From contig NZ_JBHFNU010000005.1 in assembly GCF_041929145.1 (NCBI RefSeq), positions 1 to 20,867 of the forward strand: 20,867 nt of DNA, written 5' to 3'. Origin of the DNA: Aerosakkonema sp. BLCC-F183 (GTDB lineage: Bacteria; Cyanobacteriota; Cyanobacteriia; Cyanobacteriales; Aerosakkonemataceae). The notes beneath the pieces are model-generated. The model was not told the origin of the DNA, made no database searches, and was given only the letters and a program-made list of their open reading frames with translations. Made by a program: the position numbers and the translations under genes. Shown here piece after piece: positions 8,047 to 16,646 of this stretch; the stretch's first letter is position 1, and every line of letters begins with the position of its first letter.

Positions 8047-9819
8047 TCACAAGATATCCTCTGCAAACTTTCCGAGATTTTCCTGTCTCCACTTAGCATC
8101 TGCCTTCCGATTTGTTCTCAATTCTAATACCCGAATTCCTTGTTCTGGCAGAGGATTCAATCTTTGTTTCAGTTGCTGCCAAGAAGCGATCGCTTCATAT
8201 TCGACATTGTAGGTAGCACAAAGCTGAGCGAAATCTATATCCTGGGGTGTGGCAAAAAATTCTTCAAATGGCGGCTCAAATTTGGCAATTGGCAACATTT
8301 CAAATATACCACCACCATTGTTATTAATCAAGATAATAGTGAGATGTCCGAGAAATTTATTTCTCAATAAAAAGCCGTTGGTATCGTGCAACAAAGCTAA
8401 ATCTCCAGTCAGCATGACGCTGCTTTGATGGCGATGGGCAATGCCTAAAGCGGTGGATAAAGTGCCGTCGATGCCATTAGCGCCCCGGTTGAAAAAGGGT
8501 TGAATTCCAGAATTGTTCGGTGTCCAGAAAAATTCCACATCTCGCACGGGCATACTGTTGGCAATAAATATAGGCGTTGCTGGTGGTAAAGACTGGGAAA
8601 GTAACCAAGCAACTTTACATTCAAATAAGGTTTCTGTTGTTGCCATTGTGCGGTCAATGCGTTGCCTGACAGTGGCTTCGGCATCGCACCAAATTTGCAG
8701 ATATTTACTGAGATTATTTGGTTCGATCGCACATATTTGCGCTAGCTGTTCTACGGATAATCGCAGATGAGTTGTGTTGCCGTGTAGCGGATCTAAATTG
8801 TGATGGCTGGTGTCAATTACCCATGTGAGCGGTTGGGTTGATTCTAACCAAGTTCGCAGTTCTTTACTGGTGGGTAAGTCTCCTATCTGGATGGCGATTT
8901 CCGGTTTAAGTTGTTGTGCTATTTGTTGGTTTCTTAATATCGAATCGTAGGTGGAAATTAAGTAAGGATTTAGTTCGGCATAATTTCGCAATGGCGATAA
9001 TCCCTCTGCTAATACAGGCCATTTTAAGGTTTGGGAAAGTTGGGCAATTGCCTGACAATATTGTTTGGGAAAGTGAGGTTGTGACGTGCCGGCGATGATG
9101 ATTCCATGCTCGCATTGCGACCAGTTTTGTAACGTATTGAGTAAAGAATTATTGTTGGCTATTGACAACTGACAACTGACAACTGACGACTGACAACTAG
9201 CAAAGAAATGTTCTGGCTGAAATTGCGATCGCAACTCCTCGGTAGCCGCTTGGGGTATGGGGGCGAGAGGGTCGCGAAAGGGGATGTTAAGATGGATTGG
9301 GCCGGGAACGGGAAAGAGCGATCGCTCCCACCCATGAATAATTGTTTGCCGCAGATAATTCAGCATTCCTATTTCTAATGATGGCACTGCTAACTCGGCT
9401 TGCCAGTTCGGATAAGTGCCATATAATTTGATTTGGTCGATAGTTTGTCCGGAATGACAATCTCGCAATTCTGGGGGGCGATCGGCTGTGAAAACTAACA
9501 GCGGTACGCGACTTTCTCTGGCTTCAATAATAGCAGGATAAAAGTTTGCGCCCGCAGTTCCGGAAGTGCAAACTAATGCTACTGGCAAACCTGATTTTTT
9601 GGCAATTCCCAAAGCAAAAAAAGCAGCCGATCGCTCGTCCAAAACGGGAATTGCTTCTATTTTATCTTGTTGGGCAAAAGCAACTGCCAAAGCAGTAGAA
9701 CGCGACCCCGGACAGATAACTGCTGTAGTTAGTCCGAGTCGTTTTAAGGTTTCCGTAAGTATGGAAGCCCAGACAGAATTAGTGTTGCGAAAATCTATGG
9801 GCATTGGGGATTGGGTCAT
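8047..9819 (-). CDS. menD: 2-succinyl-5-enolpyruvyl-6-hydroxy-3-cyclohexene-1-carboxylate (SEPHCHC) synthase, MenD, ThDP-dependent
   Basis: The 590-aa product has the N-terminus ...SVWASILTETLKRLGLTTAVICPGSRSTALAVAFA typical of MenD. ThDP-fold motifs GDLALLHD and NNNGGGIF are present. It abuts menF with start and stop adjacent at 9819/9820. Confidence 0.9.
   Translation of the reverse strand: MTQSPMPIDFRNTNSVWASILTETLKRLGLTTAVICPGSRSTALAVAFAQQDKIEAIPVLDERSAAFFALGIAKKSGLPVALVCTSGTAGANFYPAIIEARESRVPLLVFTADRPPELRDCHSGQTIDQIKLYGTYPNWQAELAVPSLEIGMLNYLRQTIIHGWERSLFPVPGPIHLNIPFRDPLAPIPQAATEELRSQFQPEHFFASCQSSVVSCQLSIANNNSLLNTLQNWSQCEHGIIIAGTSQPHFPKQYCQAIAQLSQTLKWPVLAEGLSPLRNYAELNPYLISTYDSILRNQQIAQQLKPEIAIQIGDLPTSKELRTWLESTQPLTWVIDTSHHNLDPLHGNTTHLRLSVEQLAQICAIEPNNLSKYLQIWCDAEATVRQRIDRTMATTETLFECKVAWLLSQSLPPATPIFIANSMPVRDVEFFWTPNNSGIQPFFNRGANGIDGTLSTALGIAHRHQSSVMLTGDLALLHDTNGFLLRNKFLGHLTIILINNNGGGIFEMLPIAKFEPPFEEFFATPQDIDFAQLCATYNVEYEAIASWQQLKQRLNPLPEQGIRVLELRTNRKADAKWRQENLGKFAEDIL
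9163..9197. repeat. (TGACAAC)5 heptamer tandem repeat lying inside the menD coding sequence
   Basis: tgacaac tgacaac tgacaac tgacgac tgacaac is read on the minus strand as the low-complexity peptide ASCQSSVVSCQLS within MenD. Confidence 0.85.
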
Positions 9820-11247
9820 TCACACTAAAGCTTTGAGAAGTGCTTGAAGTTTCAGTTGAATTTCTGCAAGTTCTTTGTCTGGATCTGAGCCAGCAACGAT
9901 ACCGGCACCTGCGTACAGTCTAGCGCGATCGCTATCTATCAGTGCTGAACGAATGCCTACGACAAACTCGCTGTTACCGCGATGATCTATCCAACCTAAT
10001 GGTGCCGCATAAACAGAGCGATCGAATGCTTCATAGCGGCGAATTTGGCTCAGCGCGATATCTCTAGGATCGCCTGCAACAGCAGGGGTGGGATGGAGTT
10101 CTGCCAAAATTTGTAATGGCTGCACACCGCCAGCGATTTTACCTCGAATTGGTGTCCATAAATGTTGTATATTTGATAGCTGTAAAAGACCGGGAATAGG
10201 AAGTCGCTGGTGTGACAAACCGAGGTTGGATAAGCGCTCGACAATGAAATCAATTACAACTCGATGTTCCCGCCTTTCCTTTTCGCTCCTGAGCAAACGT
10301 TCAGCAAAATAGGCATCTTCGGCTGCTGTTTTGCCTCGCGGTGCTGACCCCGCCAAAGCATCGGTTTCTAATTCTCGCTCTTGTATCCTAATTAAGCGCT
10401 CTGGACTGGCACCGATAAAATCTTTACCTTTGCCGTTACTGGTAGAAAAAACATAGCAATCGGGATACATTCTTCGCAAATTATTTAAGGAATCAACCCG
10501 ACGAAAAGGGCGCGGCGAATTAACCTCAATTGCGTGAGCTAAGACAATTTTGCTAAAATGTTTAGACCGAATCGATTGCAATGCCGATACGACTGAGGCT
10601 TGAAAATTTCTGCGATCGGTTACATCTTGCGGTTGAAATTTCTGTTTATAATCGCTCAAATGAAAATTTCTGTAGTTCGCGAATCTAATTTGGTGGAGTT
10701 TCTGCCATATATTCTCTGCTATAACTTCGATGTTTGCATTGCTGTCGATTACAGTATTAGCCACTATAACACAGTAATCTTTTTGACAGGAAACCTGCCA
10801 GCGAGGTAAAAAAACTGTGGCGGCGGGGAAAGGAGAATCACCATTGATATTCTCATCAAAAAATGTGAAAGTACAGAAAAAGTGAGGCCCAGAAAAAGGC
10901 AGGTCTAACGCGCCTGTGGCAATTGTGTTAGCAAGGCATGAATCGATAAATTTTTGTGCTTGCGAAAAGCGATCGACTCCTTCTAACTTAAATTTAGCGG
11001 CTGTATCGATCGCCGCGATCGCTTCCCCTTGATTGGCTTTTTCCCAATAAAAATGCAGTTTTTCCGGCTCGGCAATGCGATCGAGTACAGCTAGCGGATC
11101 GAGCGGTTTACTTGGCAGGGAAATACTGACAACTTTTTGCAGCCCTTTTTCAATTAACGTTTGTTTGCAAGCTAAAAGAAACTGATGCAGTTCCTTGCGA
11201 TCTTCAAACAGATTAGGATGATGTGTCACTGGCACGGAAGCGAACAT
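9820..11247 (-). CDS. menF: Isochorismate synthase MenF (chorismate-binding enzyme family)
   Basis: The 475-aa product has a chorismate-utilising C-terminus with PTPAVAG and YAGAGIVAGSDPDKELAEI motifs. It lies immediately upstream of and co-oriented with menD. Confidence 0.85.
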   Translation of the reverse strand: MFASVPVTHHPNLFEDRKELHQFLLACKQTLIEKGLQKVVSISLPSKPLDPLAVLDRIAEPEKLHFYWEKANQGEAIAAIDTAAKFKLEGVDRFSQAQKFIDSCLANTIATGALDLPFSGPHFFCTFTFFDENINGDSPFPAATVFLPRWQVSCQKDYCVIVANTVIDSNANIEVIAENIWQKLHQIRFANYRNFHLSDYKQKFQPQDVTDRRNFQASVVSALQSIRSKHFSKIVLAHAIEVNSPRPFRRVDSLNNLRRMYPDCYVFSTSNGKGKDFIGASPERLIRIQERELETDALAGSAPRGKTAAEDAYFAERLLRSEKERREHRVVIDFIVERLSNLGLSHQRLPIPGLLQLSNIQHLWTPIRGKIAGGVQPLQILAELHPTPAVAGDPRDIALSQIRRYEAFDRSVYAAPLGWIDHRGNSEFVVGIRSALIDSDRARLYAGAGIVAGSDPDKELAEIQLKLQALLKALV

Positions 11248-11400
11248 AGCAAATTTTTTTAACGTTTGCTTGCCAAATTTTCAATTATGAGCATGGTAGG
11301 GCTAGAGTTAGCACACTCCCACTCCATCTAACCACTTCTGGCGTTCCGTTGTACCAGGCTAGTAGTCCACCAAATTGATTTTAATGGGTTGTCGTCGGCC

Positions 11401-11433
11401 AGAAACCCGGTGTTTTAGAAAAACCGGGTTTCT
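11401..11433. promoter_or_regulatory. 33-bp near-perfect palindrome AGAAACCCGGTgTTTTagAAAAaCCGGGTTTCT in the divergent menF/menA intergenic region
   Basis: The 11-bp arms AGAAACCCGGT and ACCGGGTTTCT are exact reverse complements. The central gttttagaaaa is itself nearly palindromic. No U-tract follows on either strand, so it does not look like a terminator. Confidence 0.45.
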
Positions 11434-11460
11434 CAAACTGCCGATTCTGCGGGCGAAACA

Positions 11461-11506
11461 GCCCCGTTGTGGGGAATGGCGCGACTCGAAGCGGGGCCAC
11501 AACGGG
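11461..11506. promoter_or_regulatory. GC-rich region with mutually exclusive alternative hairpins (10-bp stem CCCGTTGTGG/CCACAACGGG versus 6-bp GCCCCG/CGGGGC)
   Basis: 11463-11472 pairs with 11497-11506 as a perfect 10-bp stem. 11461-11466 pairs with 11492-11497 as an alternative 6-bp stem. 11462-11474 ccccgttgtgggg can also fold on itself. Confidence 0.35.
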
Positions 11507-11655
11507 TCAAAAGGTTTGAAATCCCTGCTTGGTGGTAGCGACACTGGCAACGTCCCCAGCAAAGATTGTGGCCTGCGTTATCCAGATTGAGTTTACCATT
11601 GCGACCTCAGCATCATAAAATTATGAGATTCGGAAAATTCAATCGATACCGTCCG

Positions 11656-12561
11656 ATGACTACACAATCTATTGCTCATTCAAACAGTAAGTTGTGGTTG
11701 GCAGCACTTAAACCACCGATGTACAGCGTTGCCGTGATTCCAATTTGGGTGGGAACTGCTGTTGCTTGCGCGGAAAATAACACTTTTAATGGCGCAATCT
11801 TTTCGACATTTTTAATTTCAGCGATTTTGATTGTTGCGTGGCTGAATCTCAGCAACGATGTGTTCGATTCGGAAACTGGAATTGATAAAAACAAAGCGCA
11901 TTCGCTCGTTAATTTAACAGGAAATAAACCCTTAATTTTCTGGTTGGCGAATTTGTTTTTAGCTGTGGGTATTCTGGGAGTAGTGGCGATCGCATGGTGG
12001 CAACAAGACCTCACTGTAATCGGTCTGATACTGCTCTGCTGTGCTATGGGCTACACTTACCAAGGGCCGCCCTTTCGGTTGGGATATCAGGGTTTGGGGG
12101 AAATTATTTGCTTTTTTACCTTTGGGCCATTGGGCGGATCGGCGGCGTACTACAGCCAAACCCAAAGCTGGTCGATCGCCAATATAGCAGCTTCTGCGAT
12201 CGTCGGCATCGTCACCAGCTTGATTTTGTTTTGCTCCCATTTTCATCAACTTGAAGACGACCTAGCGGCAGGGAAGAAATCGCCCATTGTCCGACTCGGC
12301 ACTGCCAAAGCATCCCAGCTATTACCTTGGTTTGGCGGCAGCATTTACCCTTTGACTGTGCTGTTCGTCGCATTGCACATTTTTCCAGTTTGGACATTGC
12401 TAATCTTTGTCAGTTTACCCCTCGCCCTCAAGTTATTCCGACACGTTGGCGAAAATCACGATCGACCGGAAAAAGTCAGCAATTGTAAATTTATCGCCGT
12501 AGCCCTGCATTTTTGGAGTGGCTTACTGTTAGGATTGGGATTCGTACTTGCCAACATTTGA
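11656..12561 (+). CDS. menA: 1,4-dihydroxy-2-naphthoate phytyltransferase MenA (UbiA prenyltransferase family)
   Basis: The product is a polytopic membrane protein with the MenA-type first motif NDVFDSETGID (NDxxDxxxGxD) and a second Asp-rich motif near EDDLAAGKKS. It is followed by menC and menE. The ORF is open from 11566 and ATG 11623 is also possible. ATG 11656 (MTTQS...) gives a length typical of MenA. The stop TGA at 12559-12561 overlaps the menC ATG. Confidence 0.8.
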   Translation: MTTQSIAHSNSKLWLAALKPPMYSVAVIPIWVGTAVACAENNTFNGAIFSTFLISAILIVAWLNLSNDVFDSETGIDKNKAHSLVNLTGNKPLIFWLANLFLAVGILGVVAIAWWQQDLTVIGLILLCCAMGYTYQGPPFRLGYQGLGEIICFFTFGPLGGSAAYYSQTQSWSIANIAASAIVGIVTSLILFCSHFHQLEDDLAAGKKSPIVRLGTAKASQLLPWFGGSIYPLTVLFVALHIFPVWTLLIFVSLPLALKLFRHVGENHDRPEKVSNCKFIAVALHFWSGLLLGLGFVLANI

Positions 12562-13553
12562 TGTTTTATCAGTTTGAATTTCGTCCTTATCAGCGACAGT
12601 TTAAACGCGCCCTCTCCACCAGTCACGGCAACTGGGATATTCGAGAGGGCATTATCCTGCGCCTCACCGACGATAAAGGTGTAATTGCTTGGGGAGAAAT
12701 TGCCCCTATTCCCTGGTTTGGTTCCGAAACATTGCCATCAGCTATAAATTTTTGTAGTCAATTGGGAGATGAAATAACAACAGAAACAATTTTCTCTATT
12801 CCATCTGAATTACCATCATGTCAATTTGGTTTTGAATCTGCTTGGGAAACATCTCTTGTGAGGCAGGCATCGACGCTGCCACTAAGACCGGACAGGCAAG
12901 ATGCCTATCCCACAAGAAAGTATTCTTACAGTTGCTTATTACCAGCAGGCGAAGCCGCTTTACATCAATGGCAAACACTTTGGCAGCAAGGATATCGTAC
13001 TTTCAAATGGAAAATTAATGTTACTCCCATTGAAGATGAAATCAAAATTTTTGCCAAGCTAATTCAGGCACTACCGAGGTCGGCAAAACTGCGATTAGAT
13101 GCTAATGCTGGACTGAATTGGTCAGAAGCAAATGAATGGCTGAAAATGTGCGAGAATTACTCTGCGATCGAATTCCTCGAACAACCCCTACCCGTCGAGC
13201 AATTTCATGCCATGCTAGATTTAGCTAACCGCTATTCTACCCCAATAGCATTAGATGAATCCGTTGCCACCCTTAACCAACTGCAAACCTGTTACGAAGA
13301 AGGTTGGCGAAGTATTTTTGTCATCAAACCCGGCATCGTTGGTTCCCCCAGACTTCTGCGTCAATTTTGTCAGCAACATGACATCGATGTCGTCTTTTCA
13401 TCGGTTTTTGAAACAGCCATTGGCAGACAAGCTGCACTTAACCTCGCAGCTGAACTTTCTCATCATAATCGAGCAGTTGGTTTTGGCGTCAATCACTGGT
13501 TTAATGAAGATGAGGAAACGTGGCTTGAAAATTTATGGAACAACCCCCATTAG
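12561..13553 (+). CDS. menC: o-Succinylbenzoate synthase MenC (enolase superfamily)
   Basis: The product has the KxK motif FKWKI, metal-ligand motifs RLDANAG, EFLEQP and ALDES, and an N-terminus MFYQFEFRPYQRQFKRALSTSHG...GEIAPIPWFGSET typical of cyanobacterial OSBS. The start ATG 12561 overlaps the menA stop as TGATG. Confidence 0.85.
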   Translation: MFYQFEFRPYQRQFKRALSTSHGNWDIREGIILRLTDDKGVIAWGEIAPIPWFGSETLPSAINFCSQLGDEITTETIFSIPSELPSCQFGFESAWETSLVRQASTLPLRPDRQDAYPTRKYSYSCLLPAGEAALHQWQTLWQQGYRTFKWKINVTPIEDEIKIFAKLIQALPRSAKLRLDANAGLNWSEANEWLKMCENYSAIEFLEQPLPVEQFHAMLDLANRYSTPIALDESVATLNQLQTCYEEGWRSIFVIKPGIVGSPRLLRQFCQQHDIDVVFSSVFETAIGRQAALNLAAELSHHNRAVGFGVNHWFNEDEETWLENLWNNPH

Positions 13554-14950
13554 ATCTTGTGGGGCTGGTGTCTCACCTGCCCAATAATTGGTTAATTGGT
13601 TACAACACCCATCAATTTACTCAGCTTGTCGAACAACTATATTTAGAATTAATCCAAATATCCAAACAGCAAAACTCACCAAAAATTATCTTAGCCGAAC
13701 GAAATCCAGTGCGCTTTTTAGCCGGTTTCATCGCTGCAACAGCCGCCGGTTGCCCCGTATTTCTCTGCAATCCCGATTGGGTAAAAGCTGAATGGCAACA
13801 AGTTTTTGAATTAGTTCAACCAGACATAATTTGGGGAAATTTGTCAGTCGTCAGTTGCCAGTTGTTCGCTGCAAAGAAAGAGGAAAAAAAAGCTGATTAC
13901 AGACAGATTATGATTCCCACGGGTGGTTCGTCGGGTGAAATTCGCTTTGCCATCCACACTTGGGAAACATTGACAGCATCGGTGCAAGGTTTTATCGAAT
14001 ATTTCGATATAAAGACAGTCAATTCCTTTTGCGTCTTGCCGCTTTATCATGTCAGCGGTTTGATGCAATTTGTGCGCTCATTCCTCACTGGTGGAAAACT
14101 GGCAATTCTACCTTTTAAAGCACTAGAAGCTGGTGAAAAATGCGAAGTCGAACCAGCAGATTTTTTCATATCTTTAGTGCCAACTCAACTGCAACGTCTG
14201 TTAGATCGTACTCCACAATGGTTGTCTCAGTTTCAAACAATTCTGTTAGGAGGTGCTACAGCTTGGCACGAACTTCTAGAACAAGCGAGACAGCATGAAA
14301 TTCGGTTAGCACTCACTTACGGGATGACAGAAACTGCCTCGCAAATTGTCACCCTCAAACCAGAAGATTTTCTCAAGGGGAATAATAGCTGCGGACAAGT
14401 TTTACCTCATGCAAAGGTAAAAATTTGCAATCCAAATGGGAAGATGTTAGGTGCGAATCAAACGGGAATTATCACCATCAATGCAGATTCATTAGCGCTA
14501 GGTTATTATCCTGATACTTCATTTGTTAGAGAAAAGCAGGTAATTTTACAAGCGGATGATTTGGGATTTTTTGACGAACAAGGTTACTTAAACATTGTCG
14601 GACGTAACAGCAATAAAATCATCACTGGCGGCGAAAATGTTTTTCCATCGGAAGTGGAAGCGGCGATTCGATCGACTAATCTAGTTAGCGATATCTGCGT
14701 CATTGGCATACCCGATTCCCATTGGGGTCAAGCGGTGACGGCTGTGTACGTTCCCAGCCATCCAGAAGTTGACACCGAGACGCTGCAAACCGCACTTTTA
14801 GATAAATTAAGTAACTTCAAGCGCCCCAAATATTGGATACCTGTAGAAAGTTTGCCGCGTAACGCGCAGGGTAAAATTAATCGCGAACAAATACAACAAA
14901 TAGCTATTTCGTGGCATCCAGATCGCTCCAATCTTGCAGCCAGTCAATAA
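13535..14950 (+). CDS. menE: o-Succinylbenzoate-CoA ligase MenE (adenylate-forming enzyme)
   Basis: The 471-aa product has AMP-binding motifs [15 protein letters not shown] and [11 protein letters not shown] and a conserved Lys near the C-terminus. It overlaps the menC 3' end by 19 nt. Confidence 0.85.
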   Translation: MEQPPLDLVGLVSHLPNNWLIGYNTHQFTQLVEQLYLELIQISKQQNSPKIILAERNPVRFLAGFIAATAAGCPVFLCNPDWVKAEWQQVFELVQPDIIWGNLSVVSCQLFAAKKEEKKADYRQIMIPTGGSSGEIRFAIHTWETLTASVQGFIEYFDIKTVNSFCVLPLYHVSGLMQFVRSFLTGGKLAILPFKALEAGEKCEVEPADFFISLVPTQLQRLLDRTPQWLSQFQTILLGGATAWHELLEQARQHEIRLALTYGMTETASQIVTLKPEDFLKGNNSCGQVLPHAKVKICNPNGKMLGANQTGIITINADSLALGYYPDTSFVREKQVILQADDLGFFDEQGYLNIVGRNSNKIITGGENVFPSEVEAAIRSTNLVSDICVIGIPDSHWGQAVTAVYVPSHPEVDTETLQTALLDKLSNFKRPKYWIPVESLPRNAQGKINREQIQQIAISWHPDRSNLAASQ

Positions 14951-15329
14951 TGTCTGTGGGTAATTCTTTTCTACTTCTACTCGTAGGATCGATGCAGGCG
15001 TGTCTGGTCATTGCCTTTGCTAGCTGCTGCTGCTTAGTATCAAAAATTTGATACTCAATTTCAAACTTATTGCTAGTTAAACTTTTCGGAAACAAGTAAA
15101 TAATTATCTTGTCGCCACAGAACATCGGGCGGAGGAAATCAACGCTAGCATGGATGATGGGAATGGCAACTCCTGAGTTAGTACTGAAAAACGATCGAAT
15201 ATTAATCCCAGATGCTACCAGGGATTCTTCGTAGGCTTCGTGACACATTGGCAAAACATTGGCGAAATAAACGACGCCTGCTGCATCGGTATCTTGAAAG
15301 CGAATTGTCCGAGTATAAGAAAAAGGCAT
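14904..15329 (-). CDS. Hotdog-fold (4HBT/YbgC-like) acyl-CoA thioesterase, probable 1,4-dihydroxy-2-naphthoyl-CoA hydrolase of the phylloquinone pathway
   Basis: The 141-aa product has the N-terminus [26 protein letters not shown] typical of 4HBT-class thioesterases. Cyanobacteria use a hotdog thioesterase (Synechocystis Slr0204 type) for DHNA-CoA hydrolysis, and this gene sits in the men cluster convergent with menE. Confidence 0.65.
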   Translation of the reverse strand: MPFSYTRTIRFQDTDAAGVVYFANVLPMCHEAYEESLVASGINIRSFFSTNSGVAIPIIHASVDFLRPMFCGDKIIIYLFPKSLTSNKFEIEYQIFDTKQQQLAKAMTRHACIDPTSRSRKELPTDIIDWLQDWSDLDATK

Positions 15330-15395
15330 TTGTTCGCTAATCTCTCACAAAATTACAGCTATAATTGTTATACAACCATAATTGGTGTCATCGCT

Positions 15396-16079
15396 ATGAC
15401 TACCGCCACTCCTACAGATATCCAAACAGTCCTCGCCACAGCTTTACCCCAGTGGAAACCAGCTACTTGGTCAGACTACTTAGCTTGTCGCGATGCAGAA
15501 ACCCCAGAGAGAGTCAGGTTGTTTTTTAATCGGGATAGACTTTTAATTGATATGGGTTCAGAAGGAATCAATCACGCCAGTGTTAGCGACCTGTTCATCA
15601 TGCTGTTTGGCTTCTGGTTCGCTCGCTTTACACAACAAATAGCGGCTTCTTTTGGACGTTGTTTGCTGGAGAAGCCGAACACACAAGCAGCAGCGCCAGA
15701 TTTAGTATTGTACATCGGTGAGGGAGTTCCGCAATGGCAACAAGGCGAACTGCGTCGAATAGATTTAAATAGGTGGCGAGTACCAGATTTGGTGGGTGAA
15801 ATAGCTGACACAACTATAGCGACTGACTTGGATGAAAAGAAAAAACTTTATGCGGATTTGGGAATTCCAGAATACTGGGTGGTTAATATTCGAGGTAGAC
15901 AGGTTATCGCATTTCGGCTAGAGGAAAATGGTAAATATCAACAGTGTAGCGAGTCTGTCGTACTTGCTGGTTTGCCTATTTCTTTGCTAGAGCAAACTTT
16001 GGAACGTCTGAGCGAAGGAACTAATATTACCGCCGCTGTGTGGTTTTCTCAACAGATTGCTAATTTGAAAGCTGAATGA
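15396..16079 (+). CDS. Uma2-family (DUF820) putative restriction-endonuclease-like protein
   Basis: The product ...PDLVGEIADTTIATDLDEKKKLYADLGIPEYWVVNIRGRQVIAF carries the PD-(D/E)xK-like core of Uma2 proteins. I chose ATG 15396 (MTTATP...) because the longer 15240 start would overlap the divergent thioesterase gene. Confidence 0.8.
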   Translation: MTTATPTDIQTVLATALPQWKPATWSDYLACRDAETPERVRLFFNRDRLLIDMGSEGINHASVSDLFIMLFGFWFARFTQQIAASFGRCLLEKPNTQAAAPDLVLYIGEGVPQWQQGELRRIDLNRWRVPDLVGEIADTTIATDLDEKKKLYADLGIPEYWVVNIRGRQVIAFRLEENGKYQQCSESVVLAGLPISLLEQTLERLSEGTNITAAVWFSQQIANLKAE

Positions 16080-16297
16080 AGAAAATTATTTGCGGGTTTG
16101 TGTGGTTTCTTAGCTTCATGTTTGGATTTTATGAGGCGTCTGTGTTTTTAATAGAGGCCAACACGAACGAAGAATTTTTGAAAGATAACGTAGAAACAGT
16201 TTCTATTTTACTTTGTGCTTCTGCTCTGGGTTCGTCTGTAATAGCTATTGCAGGTACAATGGCGGGAATATTACCAGGTACAAGCTCAAAAAAATAA
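16076..16297 (+). CDS. Small hypothetical membrane protein with two predicted TM helices
   Basis: The 73-aa ORF overlaps the Uma2 stop as ATGA. Two hydrophobic stretches are present, ICGFVWFLSFMFGFY and ILLCASALGSSVIAIAGTMAGIL. No family is recognised. Confidence 0.35.
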   Translation: MKKIICGFVWFLSFMFGFYEASVFLIEANTNEEFLKDNVETVSILLCASALGSSVIAIAGTMAGILPGTSSKK

Positions 16298-16563
16298 GTA
16301 ATGATGATAGCTAACCTAGATAATAAGCATTTTTGAGAGTGGGTTTTTATATCGTGTCCGGTTGCATCGGTAGTATATGAGCGAAGCGAAACGTTCTCTG
16401 TGGGAATTGGGGGTGAAAATTTTACCGCAGATGTAGGCAGATTAACGCAGATAAACGCAGATAAGAACGCTATTTTTTTATGCAACCGATGCTACCAAAC
16501 ATCATATTAGATCCTCGCTGGGTGGGAGCGATCGCAACTCATTTTCATGGCATTAACTCATAA

Positions 16564-16589
16564 CTGTAGGGTGCTAATACACACCCTAC
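16564..16589. terminator. Perfect 9-bp stem hairpin TGTAGGGTG-ctaataca-CACCCTACA, candidate terminator about 60 nt beyond the TerB-like gene
   Basis: The inverted repeat is exact. The flanks are moderately T-rich on the plus side and there is only a weak U-run on the minus side. Confidence 0.35.
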
Positions 16590-16646
16590 ATTAGTTTAAT
16601 CAAAAATTGCCAGCCTGGATGACCGTGCAGTTTGCTGAATAAACTT

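Noticed and set aside
11359-11590. ORFs 11359..11562 (minus strand) and 11375..11590 (plus strand) in the menF/menA intergenic region
   Set aside because: Both span the palindrome and the GC hairpins and overlap each other. They are more likely artefacts of a structured regulatory region than genes.
12513-12560. Upstream start at 12513 for menC (MEWLTVRIGIRTCQHL...)
   Set aside because: It would overlap the last 16 codons of menA. ATG 12561, which forms TGATG with the menA stop, gives a typical OSBS N-terminus.
15240-15395. Longer Uma2 start at 15240
   Set aside because: It would overlap the divergent thioesterase gene by 90 nt. The N-terminal 52 residues are Cys/Asn-rich and unlike Uma2 proteins. 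ATG 15396 is preceded by a TATAAT-like box.
16356-16500. Long-range imperfect inverted repeat GGTTGCATCGGTAG ... CAACCGATGCTACC flanking the (ACGCAGATAA)2 repeat
   Set aside because: Only 12 of 14 positions pair, and the core GCATCGG/CCGATGC is short. It is not enough to call a MITE or an sRNA, and I note it only as an observation.
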